Part shown: in pieces, positions 1 through 11,137 of the stretch
How the letters are laid out: each line of letters begins with the position of its first letter
Numbering within the stretch: position 1 is the first letter of the stretch
Assembly: GCA_963764725.1 (NCBI GenBank)
Contig: CAVXTM010000001.1
Location: 408,147 to 472,146 of the forward strand
Direction of reading: 5' to 3'
Length of the DNA stretch: 64,000 bases
Source: an uncultured Gammaproteobacteria bacterium
GTDB lineage: Bacteria; Pseudomonadota; Gammaproteobacteria; JACCXJ01
Made by a program: the position numbers and the translations under genes
Notes under the pieces: model-generated
Seen by the model: only the letters and a program-made list of their open reading frames with translations
What the model was told of the DNA's origin: nothing
The model's database searches: none

Positions 1-29
1 GAAAGTAAGCATGAAGAAGAAATGCAAGG

Positions 30-1229
30 ATGGCAGCACTGAATAGCGATGCTAACGCGCCAGCGTTCGACACAGTCCTGCTTGCTGGACTGCAACACCT
101 CAAAGAGCACTATCAATATCGCACACGCTGGGTTAAAGAAGCCGCAGAAGGTCCGGAGATCGAAGTCGAAGGTCGTCGCTATGTCGATTTCTCCAGCAAC
201 GATTATCTCGGTTTAAGCGGCGACCCGCGCGTTGTTACCGCGTTTCGGCGTGGTTTGGGGCGCTATGGCGCCGGGGCCGGGGCGTCGCATCTGGTCTCGG
301 GTCATTGTCAGCCTCATCACGCGCTGGAAGTGGAATTGGCAGCGTTTACCGGCCGGCCCAGGGCGCTGCTATTCTCGACAGGCTATCTGGCGAACCTCGG
401 GATCGCCAGCGCGTTGTTTCGGCGAAACGATACCGTGATCCAGGATCGGGCCAACCATGCCTCGCTGGTCGATGCGGCGATCCTCGCGCACGCACGCCTG
501 GTGCGTTATCCCCATCGCGATATCGGGGCGCTTGAACGCCTGCTTTCAAAGGGCCGGGGCGGGAGCACCTATGTCGTGACCGATGCTGTTTTTAGCATGG
601 ACGGGGGCCTCGCACCTTTGGTCGAAATCGCCGCCTTGTGCGCGCGGCACGAAGCGGTGTTGGTGGTTGATGATGCGCATGGGTTCGGCGTGTTGGGAGC
701 GGATGGGGCGGGCGCCTTGAATCAGCTCGGGCTTGGGCTTCAGGAGGCGCCGATCCTCATGGCCACCTGCGGTAAGGCATTGGGCGTATTCGGGGCGTTT
801 GTGGCGGGTTCGGAGCCCCTCATCGAAACACTCATTCAGCGTGCCCGGAGTTATATTTACACCACGGCGATGCCGCCAGCGATGGCCGAAGCAGTGCGCG
901 AAAGCCTCGCGTTGCTGCGTCTCGAGGGGTGGCGTAGGACGCATTTGCAGACGCTCATCGAACACTTCAGGGCTGGGGCGCGACGCCTTGGGGTAAAGCT
1001 TGGCGACTCCCGTACACCGATCCAGCCGGTCATTATAGGTCACAGCCGCACGACCTTGGAGGTGGCGGCATTTCTGCGGCGCAACGGATACTACGTCGTC
1101 GCTTTCCGGCCACCAACGGTGCCGAAGGGTACGGCCCGATTGCGGATCACCCTCACGGCAAATCACACGCCAGCGCATGTCAATGGGTTACTGGCGACGC
1201 TCACCGAGATCCCATGCGCTGTTTCATAG
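30..1229 (+). CDS. bioF: 8-amino-7-oxononanoate synthase
   Basis: FSSNDYLGL, GAGASHLVSG, FSTGYLAN, VFSMDG, DDAHGFG and ATCGKALG PLP-lysine motifs; upstream of bioC and bioD. Confidence 0.95.
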   Translation: MAALNSDANAPAFDTVLLAGLQHLKEHYQYRTRWVKEAAEGPEIEVEGRRYVDFSSNDYLGLSGDPRVVTAFRRGLGRYGAGAGASHLVSGHCQPHHALEVELAAFTGRPRALLFSTGYLANLGIASALFRRNDTVIQDRANHASLVDAAILAHARLVRYPHRDIGALERLLSKGRGGSTYVVTDAVFSMDGGLAPLVEIAALCARHEAVLVVDDAHGFGVLGADGAGALNQLGLGLQEAPILMATCGKALGVFGAFVAGSEPLIETLIQRARSYIYTTAMPPAMAEAVRESLALLRLEGWRRTHLQTLIEHFRAGARRLGVKLGDSRTPIQPVIIGHSRTTLEVAAFLRRNGYYVVAFRPPTVPKGTARLRITLTANHTPAHVNGLLATLTEIPCAVS

Positions 1230-1512
1230 AACGGCGAGGGCAGGGTATCCCGCTGCTCTTCATTCACGGGCGGGGATTCACCGGCTCGATCTGGGACGAA
1301 TTCATCGGGGGCTAACACAGGCTCTGAGCAGGATGGAGACCACCGCGTCAGCTATACTACGAGACCGCGATCCCTTAACTCCGGTTCGTGTTGCCGATCC
1401 TCTGATGCGCTTGTCTCCGCGTTTATGCACCTACGTCATCGCTGGCGCGGGGCATGTGCCTTTTGTCTCGCATCAATACGAGACCCGGCGGGTGTTGCGA
1501 GAGTTGTTTTGA
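1214..1512 (+). pseudogene. bioH: Pimeloyl-ACP methyl ester carboxylesterase remnant with large internal deletion
   Basis: N-terminus MRCFIERRGQGIPLLFIHGRGFTGSIW and C-terminus DRDPLTP...IAGAGHVPFVSH are BioH-like; the central GxSxG region is absent; lies between bioF and bioC. Confidence 0.75.
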
Positions 1513-2417
1513 TGCCAACAACCTTTCCGGACGCCTATCGGCTTGATAAAAAGCGCTTGGCGGCCGCGTTTAATCGCGCGGCGCCGAGCTATGACCGGCA
1601 CGCCGTGTTACAGCAAACCGTGGCCATGCGCATGCTGGAGCGTCTAGCGCTAGTAAAGATTACTCCCAGGAGGGTGCTGGATGCGGGCGCTGGCACGGGT
1701 TACGCCGCGGGCTTTTTGCGCCGCACCTATCGGCCCGAGGCGCTTGTGGCCTTCGATATTGCCCACGGAATGCTGCGGCAGGCACGGAGGCATGCACCGA
1801 GTTTCTTATCGCGCCAGGTTTATCTTTGCGGCGATGTGGAACGCCTGCCCTTAGCCGCGGAAAGTATCGACCTCGCGTTCTCCAATCTCTCGCTGCAATG
1901 GTGCAACGATCTCGACCGGGTGCTCGAAGAATTCCGCCGGGTTCTGACTACCCAAGGGCTCTTGATGTTTTCGACCTTCGGGCCGGATACGCTCGGCGAG
2001 CTACGGGCAAGTTGGGCGAAGGTGGATAAGCGAATTCACGTTCATGGATTCGCCGATATGCACGACATCGGTGATGCGCTCATTCGCGCCGGCTTCAGTG
2101 GCCCGGTGCTGGACGTCGAGCGTTTCACGATGACCTACCCTGATGCCTATGCGCTGATGCGGGATCTGAAAACGATCGGGGCGGTTAACGCGGCGCAAGG
2201 CCGCCATCGCGGTCTCACCGGCAAAGGTCAATTGACAGCGCTTGTGAACGAATACGAACGCTTTCGCTGTCACGGCTTGCTACCGGCGACCTTCGAAGTC
2301 GTTTATGGGCATGCGTGGGTACCGGAAGCCGGGGTGCGGGCGCAGGACGGAAGCACGGTCGCGGCGTTTCCCATCGAACAGCTTAGAAGCGCTATCAAGG
2401 TGCGCTTACCGCACTGA
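1512..2417 (+). CDS. bioC: Malonyl-ACP O-methyltransferase
   Basis: AFNRAAPSYDRHAVLQ, LDAGAGTG, SNLSLQW, STFGPDTL, DMHDIGD; TGATG overlap at 1510-1514. Confidence 0.95.
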   Translation: MPTTFPDAYRLDKKRLAAAFNRAAPSYDRHAVLQQTVAMRMLERLALVKITPRRVLDAGAGTGYAAGFLRRTYRPEALVAFDIAHGMLRQARRHAPSFLSRQVYLCGDVERLPLAAESIDLAFSNLSLQWCNDLDRVLEEFRRVLTTQGLLMFSTFGPDTLGELRASWAKVDKRIHVHGFADMHDIGDALIRAGFSGPVLDVERFTMTYPDAYALMRDLKTIGAVNAAQGRHRGLTGKGQLTALVNEYERFRCHGLLPATFEVVYGHAWVPEAGVRAQDGSTVAAFPIEQLRSAIKVRLPH

Positions 2418-3155
<738 letters not shown>

Positions 3156-3481
3156 CCCCTTCGATTCATCTCGGGACATGCTGGTTAGACTTCTATCTCC
3201 GCAACCATGACTTTCCGAAGGCCTATTCAAAAATCGCCGCATAATGTACTTTGTTAATTGCAAAGAAGTCACGTTGGAAGACTCTAATAGCCAGCGGCTT
3301 TCGACCACGAACGACTTGAAACTCATCTGACGTCGCTCGTCACTGGCAGGGGGATCGGAATCTGCCAATGCCTAGGCGTCTTGTACTTTCCGATCCGGAT
3401 GGGTTCGCTTGGTGACGAGGCCGCGCGGCGGCCATTTACGCGCGCGTTTGGTTGCTGGCGACACATGAAGAGGAGACGAAC

Positions 3482-5467
3482 ATGCCTCACGTCAACTTTG
3501 GCACAAAAGAGGAACCCGGTTTCGAACTCAAGGAGAGTCCCGACTTGATCGCGGTGCGAACTCGCAGTCGCCGATCGGTGGTGGGGGTGGGGCCGGTGTC
3601 TCAGCCGAGCGCCGCCGAAGTGAGCGATGGAACACTGGTGGCGAGCTTCCCCGATGCGGGGGTGGAAGTCTATCGTGTCCCCACCACCCGCCGATCCGTG
3701 GACAAACGTAAGTTGGCATTGCGCGCGATGCCGGACGTGCGGTTCGCTGGGTCGGTCCTCGTTCAACCCAAGACTGGAAAGCCGGTGCTCTATAGCGAGA
3801 ACATCTATATCCGGTTCAAGGAGACCGTCGATCCCGACGACTGCGAGACGATCCTTCGCGAGGCTGGACTGACAATTAAGGAGCGGCTGGAATTCGCGAC
3901 CAACGCGTACTTCGTAGCTGCTCCGGAAGGGACCGGACAGAAAGTGTTCGACGTCGCTTCGGATCTGTTGAAGCGAAAGGATGTCATCTATTGTCACCCG
4001 GAACTGCTCGAGACGCGGGCGCTCAAGGGGATCTTTCCGCAGCAGTGGCACCTCAAACTGACGACCGTCGGCGGAGTGGCGATAAACGCCCATGCAAACG
4101 TCGAGGCGGCCCACACGATCGCCAAGGGGGCCGGGGTCACGATCGCGGTCATCGACGATGGCGTGGACATCGACCATCCCGAGTTCGGCGGGTCGGGCAA
4201 GATCGTCGCGCCGCGTGACGCGACACTCCAGACCGATGATCCGCGGCCGAAGGCAAACGCTGAAAAACACGGTACCGCGTGCGCCGGCGTCGCCAGTGGC
4301 ATCGGCCTCGACGGCGCATCCGGCGTGGCACCATCGGCCAGGTTGATGCCGATCCGACTGGCATCCGCGCTCGGCTCCGTTCGCGAAGCCGAAGCGTTTC
4401 GGTGGGCGGCCGATAATGGGGCCGATGTCATTTCGTGCAGTTGGGGCCCAGAGGATGGAGCGTGGTGGGATCCCAGCGATCCCGCACACACCGCGCCCGT
4501 CCAGCTTCGGGCCAGCACGCGCGACGCCATCGACTATGCCGTCACGAATGGTCGTGGCGGGAAGGGATGCGTGATCCTGTTCGCAGCGGGGAACGGGAAC
4601 GAGTCCGTCGAGTTCGACGGGTACGCGAGCTACGAGAAGGTGATCGCCGTGGCGGCGTGCAATGACCTGGGCAAGCGGAGCGTTTACAGCGACTTCGGCA
4701 AGGCCGTCTGGTGTGCCTTCCCCAGCAGCGATATCGGCCACGCCCCGTTCAATCATCCTGAACCGCTGACTGACGGGATCTGGACCACCGATCGGCTCGG
4801 CCAGCGAGGCTATAACCCGGGCGACCCGCAGTTCGGTGACGCCGCCGGAAAGTACACGAACAGCTTTGGCGGCACGTCTAGCTCGTGCCCGGGTGCGGCG
4901 GGTGTGGCGGCCCTGGTTCTGTCCGCGAACGCGACCCTGCGTTGGAACGAGGTCAAGGACATCCTTCGCCGAGCGTGCGACCGGATTGATCCGCAGGGTG
5001 GCGCCTACAGCGCCAGCGGGCACAGCAAGTTTTACGGTCACGGACGGCTGAACGCTGAGACCGCAGTCAAACTCGCGAAGCAAGCGGTCGGGAAGCTGGT
5101 CATCGTCAACAAGGTGCTCAATGAATCCATTCCGGATCTCGGCAGTGTGGAAGGGACTGTGGACGTTACGGAGACGACCCCCGTCGAAAAGCTCGCCATC
5201 TCCGTCCGGCTGCAACATACCTACATCGGGGATCTGGTGATCACTTGCCGTACCGCCCGCCGGCAGCGGACTTCCGAAGGTCGTCCTACACAATCGCTCC
5301 GGCGGCAGCCGGAACGATATCGACCGGCAGTACGACCCATCGAACACCCAGAGGTTGACCGCGTATTCCGGGATGAAGTGCAACGGAACCTGGACGGTGC
5401 GGGTCGAGGACAAGGCCGCGCAGGACTCAGGGACGCTGAATGGAAATTGGGTTGCACATGTTCCTGA
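3482..5467 (+). CDS. S8 subtilisin/kexin-like serine peptidase with C-terminal P-domain (frameshift near 5245)
   Basis: Catalytic triad motifs VIDDG, HGTAC and GTSSSCP; GAGGAG RBS; P-domain text (VLHNRSGG...CNGTWTVRVEDKAAQDSGTL) continues in another frame. Confidence 0.88.
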   Translation: MPHVNFGTKEEPGFELKESPDLIAVRTRSRRSVVGVGPVSQPSAAEVSDGTLVASFPDAGVEVYRVPTTRRSVDKRKLALRAMPDVRFAGSVLVQPKTGKPVLYSENIYIRFKETVDPDDCETILREAGLTIKERLEFATNAYFVAAPEGTGQKVFDVASDLLKRKDVIYCHPELLETRALKGIFPQQWHLKLTTVGGVAINAHANVEAAHTIAKGAGVTIAVIDDGVDIDHPEFGGSGKIVAPRDATLQTDDPRPKANAEKHGTACAGVASGIGLDGASGVAPSARLMPIRLASALGSVREAEAFRWAADNGADVISCSWGPEDGAWWDPSDPAHTAPVQLRASTRDAIDYAVTNGRGGKGCVILFAAGNGNESVEFDGYASYEKVIAVAACNDLGKRSVYSDFGKAVWCAFPSSDIGHAPFNHPEPLTDGIWTTDRLGQRGYNPGDPQFGDAAGKYTNSFGGTSSSCPGAAGVAALVLSANATLRWNEVKDILRRACDRIDPQGGAYSASGHSKFYGHGRLNAETAVKLAKQAVGKLVIVNKVLNESIPDLGSVEGTVDVTETTPVEKLAISVRLQHTYIGDLVITCRTARRQRTSEGRPTQSLRRQPERYRPAVRPIEHPEVDRVFRDEVQRNLDGAGRGQGRAGLRDAEWKLGCTCS

Positions 5468-5687
5468 CAACGGCCCAACCGAGTGATGGGGGGGCCACCC
5501 CAAACGAGGCCCACGTTCCGGGACGAAGCACATCGAGGCGCGAGAAGTCGGCGGGCTCCAGCGCCCGTAAGAAGACGAAGCATTGACAGGCGGCAACGGC
5601 TCGTGGGGGGCGCGATCCGGATTGGGAAGCCCGTGCTTTGCCTTTGCGTCCGACGAGGAGCATGACGCCCCTCCATCGAAGATGAGC

Positions 5688-5890
5688 AACCGCCGGGGAA
5701 TTATTTCAAACCGCGAGATTGAGCGCTGTTGCCGGGAGAAGATTATTTATGGCGCTAAGTGCGGATACCCAGCCGCATTTCAGCACCCCTGCCAATTTTA
5801 TTTCTTCGATGAGCGAGGAGATCCCACTATTGTTTCGCGATGTGCTGTTTTACTGTGATGAGATGGGATTGATCGGCCGGAAGCCCTTTC
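5688..5890 (+). mobile_element. IS1182-family transposase fragment
   Basis: RGIISNREIERCCRE..MALSADTQPHFST..NFISSMSEEIPLLFRDVLFYCDEMGLIG read across frames. Confidence 0.65.
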
Positions 5891-6004
5891 GCTGAAATGC
5901 GATGATAGGCTGAACAGTTACCACGCTTCATCCTATCTACCCATTCCGGCTTCATCGGCCGGGAAGTCGATTCACCACTTGACATTGCAAGTCCGCCGGC
6001 TAGA

Positions 6005-6026
6005 ATACCATCCATATGGATGGTAT
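6005..6026. promoter_or_regulatory. Perfect 22-bp palindrome ATACCATCCATATGGATGGTAT; probable operator of the downstream ribbon-helix-helix regulator
   Basis: Perfect inverted repeat about 30 bp upstream of the CopG-like start, followed by an extra GGATGGTA half-site. Confidence 0.65.
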
Positions 6027-6055
6027 GTGGATGGTAGGAGCGTCGCGGAGGGTTT

Positions 6056-6473
6056 ATGAGCGTGCAGGATCTGCGGTCGAAAGCAAGCGACAGCGAGAAG
6101 ATTACGATTAATCTCGGGTTCATCGATCTGGGGCAGATTGACTTGTTGGTGCACGAACGAAGGGTTTTATTCCAACCGCACTGACTTCATCCGCACTGCG
6201 ATACGCAACCAACTGACAACGCATGCCGAGGTAGTGAAACTGACCGTGGCCCGAAAGACCTTGGTTCTCGGCCTGCAGGATTTCAGCCGCGAGGATCCTG
6301 AGACCGTGCAGGCGGCCGGACAGAAGCTCCAGATCCAGGTCCTCGGTCTGGCCCGCATTGCCCAGGATGTGTCGCCCGAACTGGCCCGCGCCACCATCGA
6401 TTCAGTCACCGTATTGGGTGCTTTGCACGCGAGTGCGGCAGTCAAGGTTGCCTTAGCCGATCGGATCCACTAA
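6056..6473 (+). CDS. CopG/RHH-family transcriptional regulator (4-bp CGAA duplication frameshift near 6155)
   Basis: SEKITINLGFIDLGQIDLLVHE-GFYSNRTDFIRTAIRNQL; this family is usually paired with a PHB-depolymerase esterase. Confidence 0.8.
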
Positions 6474-6495
6474 TCAGCAGAGCGAGGTATGGGAT

Positions 6496-7895
6496 ATGAA
6501 CGAGGCAATGCGCGCTGGGATGCTAAAGGCCACCCGCCTGATCCGCGCACGCGGGCTCCTCGAGGCCACCGTCACGATTCAACGCACGCTGCGGAGCATC
6601 GTCGCGCCGCACGCTGCGGCCGATTCCCCCGGTCCGACCACGGATGGGTCAATCGAGGGCACCTTTCGTGTCATTGATGCCGACTCCGTCGCTTCGCCTG
6701 GTAGTGCCGATGTACGCCAAAGACCTGTTCACGGGCCGTCCACACGCTTCCGCGCGCCGCGGCGTCCCCATTTCTGGGGTTCACGGGCCGTCCACACGGT
6801 TCCGCGCGCCGCGGCGTCCGCATTGCTGGGGAAACTACGAGCCGGCATCCCAGCCCGCCCCCGCTCCAGACCGAGCATGCGACGTGGTGCCCGGGGGGCG
6901 GTTCCTCACCGGGTCCTACACCAATCAGGCGGGAACTCGCGCCTACAAGCTGTACATTCCCAGTGGCTACCATGGGCAGACGCTGCCCTTAGTCGTTATG
7001 CTCCATGGCTGTACGCAGACCCCCGACGATTTCGCCGCCGGCACCGGCATGAATGTGCTCGCCGAAGAACACCAGTGCTTCGTGGTGTATCCTGCCCAGG
7101 CGCCTGCCGCCAATGGGTCGAAATGTTGGAATTGGTTCAATGCGGCTGACCAGCACCGCGACCAGGGAGAGCCATCCATCATTGCCGGTATCACCCGTCG
7201 AATCGTCGGCACCTACCCCGTCGACGCGCGGCGGGTCTACGTGGCTGGACTATCAGCCGGCGGGGCGATGGCCGCGATCATGGGGATGACCTACACCGAT
7301 CTTTATGCGGCCGTCGGCATCCATTCCGGGCTTCCCTACGCTGTCGCCCACGATCTTCCTTCCGCCTAACCGCGATGAAGCAGGGCGCCTTCCTTCCGCC
7401 CTAACCGCGATGAAGCAGGGCGGGCCGGCCCCTGGCCGCCAGCGAGACGTCGGTGTTCCAGCGGCGGAGCGATGCTCGCTGGTCGTCCCAACAATCGTGT
7501 TCCACGGGGATCGGGATACAAAGGTACACCCCCGCAACGGCGACCAAGTGATCGCACAATGGACGACGATCCATGCCCGTGATGGGGCGCACAACAAGAC
7601 AAGGGTGGATCCGCAGATAACCGTCCAGCGGGGTCAAGTGCCTGATGGCCATGCCTACACCCGCGCCATCTACCACGACGCGAGCGGGCAAGCCATCCTA
7701 GAGCAGTGGTGGGTCCACGGGGCCGGGCACGCGTGGTCGGGTGGGAGTTCCAGTGGCTCGTATACCGATCCTAAAGGGCCCGATGCGGCTAAGGAGATGA
7801 TCCGCTTTTTTTATGAACACCCGCGCCGCGAGGCGCCAGAGCGAGCTTGCGCTGAACGTGGAGCAGATCCTTCTGGACATACAGCGCCGCAATAG
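6496..7895 (+). CDS. PHB-depolymerase (LpqC)-family esterase interrupted by two imperfect tandem duplications
   Basis: MLHGCTQ, CWNWF, AGLSAGG, HSG, FHGDRD, GAGHAWSGG; duplications at 6727-6830 and about 7355-7422. Confidence 0.85.
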
Positions 7896-8019
7896 GCCTC
7901 GTAGGCTGGACTGACAGGCGCAACAATCGAAGCCGAGCTTCGTCCATGCTTAGGCGTCACGAAGCTAGCCAGTCAGCCCAGCCACTAATGGAGGACATTC
8001 TACCAGCGGGTCCACGCAA

Positions 8020-8274
8020 CGACACTAAGGTGCGTAATCCCCAACACGGGCGAAGCGGGGGATATCCCAGTCGGCAGTGCGATAGTCAGCCCCAGCACTG
8101 GCGCACCGCAGGCATCGTCTGCAGAATGCGAAGCGCCGGCGTGGGCTTCATCATCTGGAGCACCGTCGCTTCCAACCGCTCAATCGCCTGTTGAGCGGCC
8201 CGTTGTACCCCCGCCGCCAACTGCTCACCCGCATCCACTGAGCCCGCAGATCGGTCTAGGTGAACACCGTCCAT
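8020..8274 (-). mobile_element. IS110-family transposase fragment
   Basis: IERLEATVL...ILQTMP.V.PVLGLTIAL..GDI.RFARVGDYA across frames (Transposase_20-like). Confidence 0.6.
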
Positions 8275-8694
8275 GTTCGCGCACCTGGCAGCAAGAATTT
8301 ATTTTTTATTGATCATTTCAGGATCCTGTGGTATACATAGCACAAGGTTTTGCAAATAACTGTTGACTTGTTGAACCAATTTATGAGAAAAAAGCAGGAG
8401 ATTTTGTGCAGGGGACGGATGGCCCGTCGCAAGGTGGTTTTCACAGTTTCATGAGCAATATCAAAGATCTTGGGCCTCCATTGATCTTTATTTTTGTACT
8501 TCCTTTGTCAAGCGAGCAAGGTTATTCACGAAATTGATTGCTAAAGCGAAACGAGTCGTGTATTTTTGTCGTTGCGGAATTGCCACAATTTAATGCGCAT
8601 TGAGTTGTATAGGTGCACGAATGGTGATTGCGTCCGCGCACGGTTACCCCTACGGTGTGGGCGCTCGTCAGGTCTTGGGGACGGAGTTACGAGA

Positions 8695-9219
8695 ATGATG
8701 AAATTATTTTTCGCACTTTCTGGAATTGCGTTAAGCACAGTTGCAATGGCGCAATCGACTGGCATGCCGCCCTACACCCCTGATCCCGGCCCAGTGGCCG
8801 GGAATTGGGAAGCAGCGATAGCCGGCACGGGCTCATCGGACGAGAGCTTCGATAATACAGATTTTGCCGTCGCCGGCTCGATCGGATACTACCTGACCAA
8901 GAATATCCCACTCAGTTTCAGGCAAAGAGTCTTTTTTAGCGAGCGGAATGACAGCACCCAAATCGACGGTAGTTCGATATTTCAGGCTGCTTATCAGTGG
9001 GATCTTGCACGCTGGCAGCCATACCTCGGCTTGAACCTCGGCGGGCAATATGGTGCGGGTGTCACCGACGCCGGCCTCTGGGGTCCTGAAGGGGGCGTCA
9101 AATATTTCGTAAACGAGAGCACTTTTCTTTTTGGGAGCGTTGGTTACGAAATGGAGATCGATTCGTGCTGCAACGACGGGAGAATTCCCTACCAGCTCGG
9201 CGTTGGTTTCGACTTCTAG
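8695..9219 (+). CDS. Small outer-membrane beta-barrel protein
   Basis: Signal peptide, amphipathic strands, GVKYFVNESTF, C-terminal GVGFDF. Confidence 0.75.
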   Translation: MMKLFFALSGIALSTVAMAQSTGMPPYTPDPGPVAGNWEAAIAGTGSSDESFDNTDFAVAGSIGYYLTKNIPLSFRQRVFFSERNDSTQIDGSSIFQAAYQWDLARWQPYLGLNLGGQYGAGVTDAGLWGPEGGVKYFVNESTFLFGSVGYEMEIDSCCNDGRIPYQLGVGFDF

Positions 9220-9314
9220 GCTAACGAATAGACACTATAGACGTTCCGGCCCGGCCGTTTGATCGGTTCTCGCGTTGAGATGCCGGGGCAACCCTACGAG
9301 GGAGGACATAGACA

Positions 9315-10166
9315 ATGACTTCTGTAAAGAGATTCGCGATCCTGATGATCGCGGCGTTTACGCTAACCGGATGTGCATCGCGGCCGATGAATCAGCTCGG
9401 TAGCATAAAACCGTACGGCGAAGGCTTTAACGATGCCTTGGCGCAGGATTATATCGCGCTGTCCAACGCGGAGGCGTTGCAGGGCGACAACCGGGATGCT
9501 GATACCTACGCGCAGCGGGCCATGGCCGCAGCCGCAGGCCAGCCGACGGGGCCGGATCAGGTCGAGCTAAGGCAGCCATTCCTGAAAGGTAAGTATGTCT
9601 CGGAGCTGTCCGATGCGCGCCTGCGGTTGGTCTCGGCGCTCGACAAGACTGGCCGGACCAAAGCACCTGACGATGCGGCCCACGCCCAAGCGTCTTACGA
9701 TTGCTGGATAGAGCAGGCTTCCGAGGACCTGCAACCGGCGGACATCGACGCCTGCAAGCAAGCTTTCATGGATGCAATCGCCAAGGTCGAGGCAGCGCTA
9801 GTCGAAGAGCCGCCGCCAGCGGAGGTTGCTGCCCCACCGAGCTATATGGTGTTCTTCGATTTCGACAAGTATGATGTAACGTCTGACGGTATGAGCGTCG
9901 TCGAGAGTGCGGCGGCCGATGCCAGCGGTACGCCGTTCAAGAGGATCGTCGTGCAGGGTCATACGGATACGGTCGGCTCTGCAGAGTATAATATGCAACT
10001 ATCACAGCGCCGTGCGGATGCGGTGAGGTCCGCTATGGCCGACTTCGGTACGCAAGCTGATGCCATTGACACCGAGGCCTTCGGCTTTACGGATCTGTTG
10101 GTACCCACCGGTGACGGTGTTCCGGAGGCGCAAAACCGACGGGCTGTGATTGTCATCGAGCGCTAA
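9315..10166 (+). CDS. OmpA-family peptidoglycan-binding lipoprotein
   Basis: Lipobox LTGC; VFFDFDK, GHTDTVG, YNMQLSQRRA, NRR. Confidence 0.9.
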   Translation: MTSVKRFAILMIAAFTLTGCASRPMNQLGSIKPYGEGFNDALAQDYIALSNAEALQGDNRDADTYAQRAMAAAAGQPTGPDQVELRQPFLKGKYVSELSDARLRLVSALDKTGRTKAPDDAAHAQASYDCWIEQASEDLQPADIDACKQAFMDAIAKVEAALVEEPPPAEVAAPPSYMVFFDFDKYDVTSDGMSVVESAAADASGTPFKRIVVQGHTDTVGSAEYNMQLSQRRADAVRSAMADFGTQADAIDTEAFGFTDLLVPTGDGVPEAQNRRAVIVIER

Positions 10167-10194
10167 GGATCTGCTGCGCTTCTGCGCACGTGCG

Positions 10195-10223
10195 GACGCC
10201 GCCCCCAGGGCGGCGTCTTTTTT
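10195..10223 (+). terminator. Rho-independent terminator
   Basis: GACGCCGCCC-CCA-GGGCGGCGTC followed by a T run. Confidence 0.85.
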
Positions 10224-10246
10224 ACGTGCCGGCCACGAACTCAGCG

Positions 10247-10810
10247 TTACTTCGGTCCCTTCTGGTTATCGCTGACTATCGCTTTGCTGCCCGAATAGCC
10301 GTCGGCGATGGGCTTTCCGTTCGTATTGATCTTTCCGCCGCAGGGTGCAATGTCGTGACTTGAGGTGGTAGTAGAGTTCTCGAGTAATTTCTCCAATCTC
10401 ACGGACCTCGCACTCAATAACCGATTAAGAAGCAATGACGAGTTGGCGCAGAATGCCGCGTGCGTAATACTGCTGCGGTGTGAAGCTTCGTTGGCCAGCC
10501 GTGTGATAAAGGTGTTTAGGTTTTTCCGTCCCGCGGCACCGTGTTTTCGTTGGAAGAACGACTGCAGGGTTCGCCCATGTTTGACTAAATCGCCCTGATA
10601 TTTTCTTACGAAGGCGTTATAGTGGATTCTATTGCCACAGGAAAGCGCAGCTACCATAAGCTCGGTTTGTAGGGCGCGGGTATCGAGGGCGGTCTGTTCG
10701 CCTGGGCCTGCGCATGGCTCCGCCCAAGCGGAATCCGCCGTAATAAGGCCGGTCGTGATGACCATTGCTGATGTGAAGATACGAACTGGCCTCCAATTTA
10801 TAGAGTTCAC
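10247..10810 (-). CDS. Hypothetical secreted protein
   Basis: Signal-like N-terminus; LQTELMVAALSC..YNAFV..ITRLAN..FC pattern. Confidence 0.65.
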   Translation of the reverse strand: MNSINWRPVRIFTSAMVITTGLITADSAWAEPCAGPGEQTALDTRALQTELMVAALSCGNRIHYNAFVRKYQGDLVKHGRTLQSFFQRKHGAAGRKNLNTFITRLANEASHRSSITHAAFCANSSLLLNRLLSARSVRLEKLLENSTTTSSHDIAPCGGKINTNGKPIADGYSGSKAIVSDNQKGPK

Positions 10811-11137
10811 GAAATACCTCCCAAATAATTCGTAAGTGATTACTATGCCACATCTATATGCTCTTGCCTAGCCGTAATTCTTGTCAGGACGATCGGGTAT
10901 AGTACTTTCTAACGCTGCAAAAATCCCGTTGTTCGGCGAACTCATGCAGCTTTCAGAGCGGTCAGGTAATGCAACAGTTCTGCCTGAACGCAGGACTGGC
11001 TGGCCTACTGAAGGTTAGCTGTCCTTGCGGCCGGATCAAAACGGCCACGCTGGGTCGATCGGTAGAATTCGTCCCCAAAGGTTTCTTTCGAATCGCCTGC
11101 TCCTGCGCGCTCATTGGCGCGGATGTGCGCGAACACA

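Noticed and set aside
3323-5689. 788-aa minus-strand ORF
   Set aside because: Antisense shadow of the GC-rich S8 peptidase gene; no recognisable motifs.
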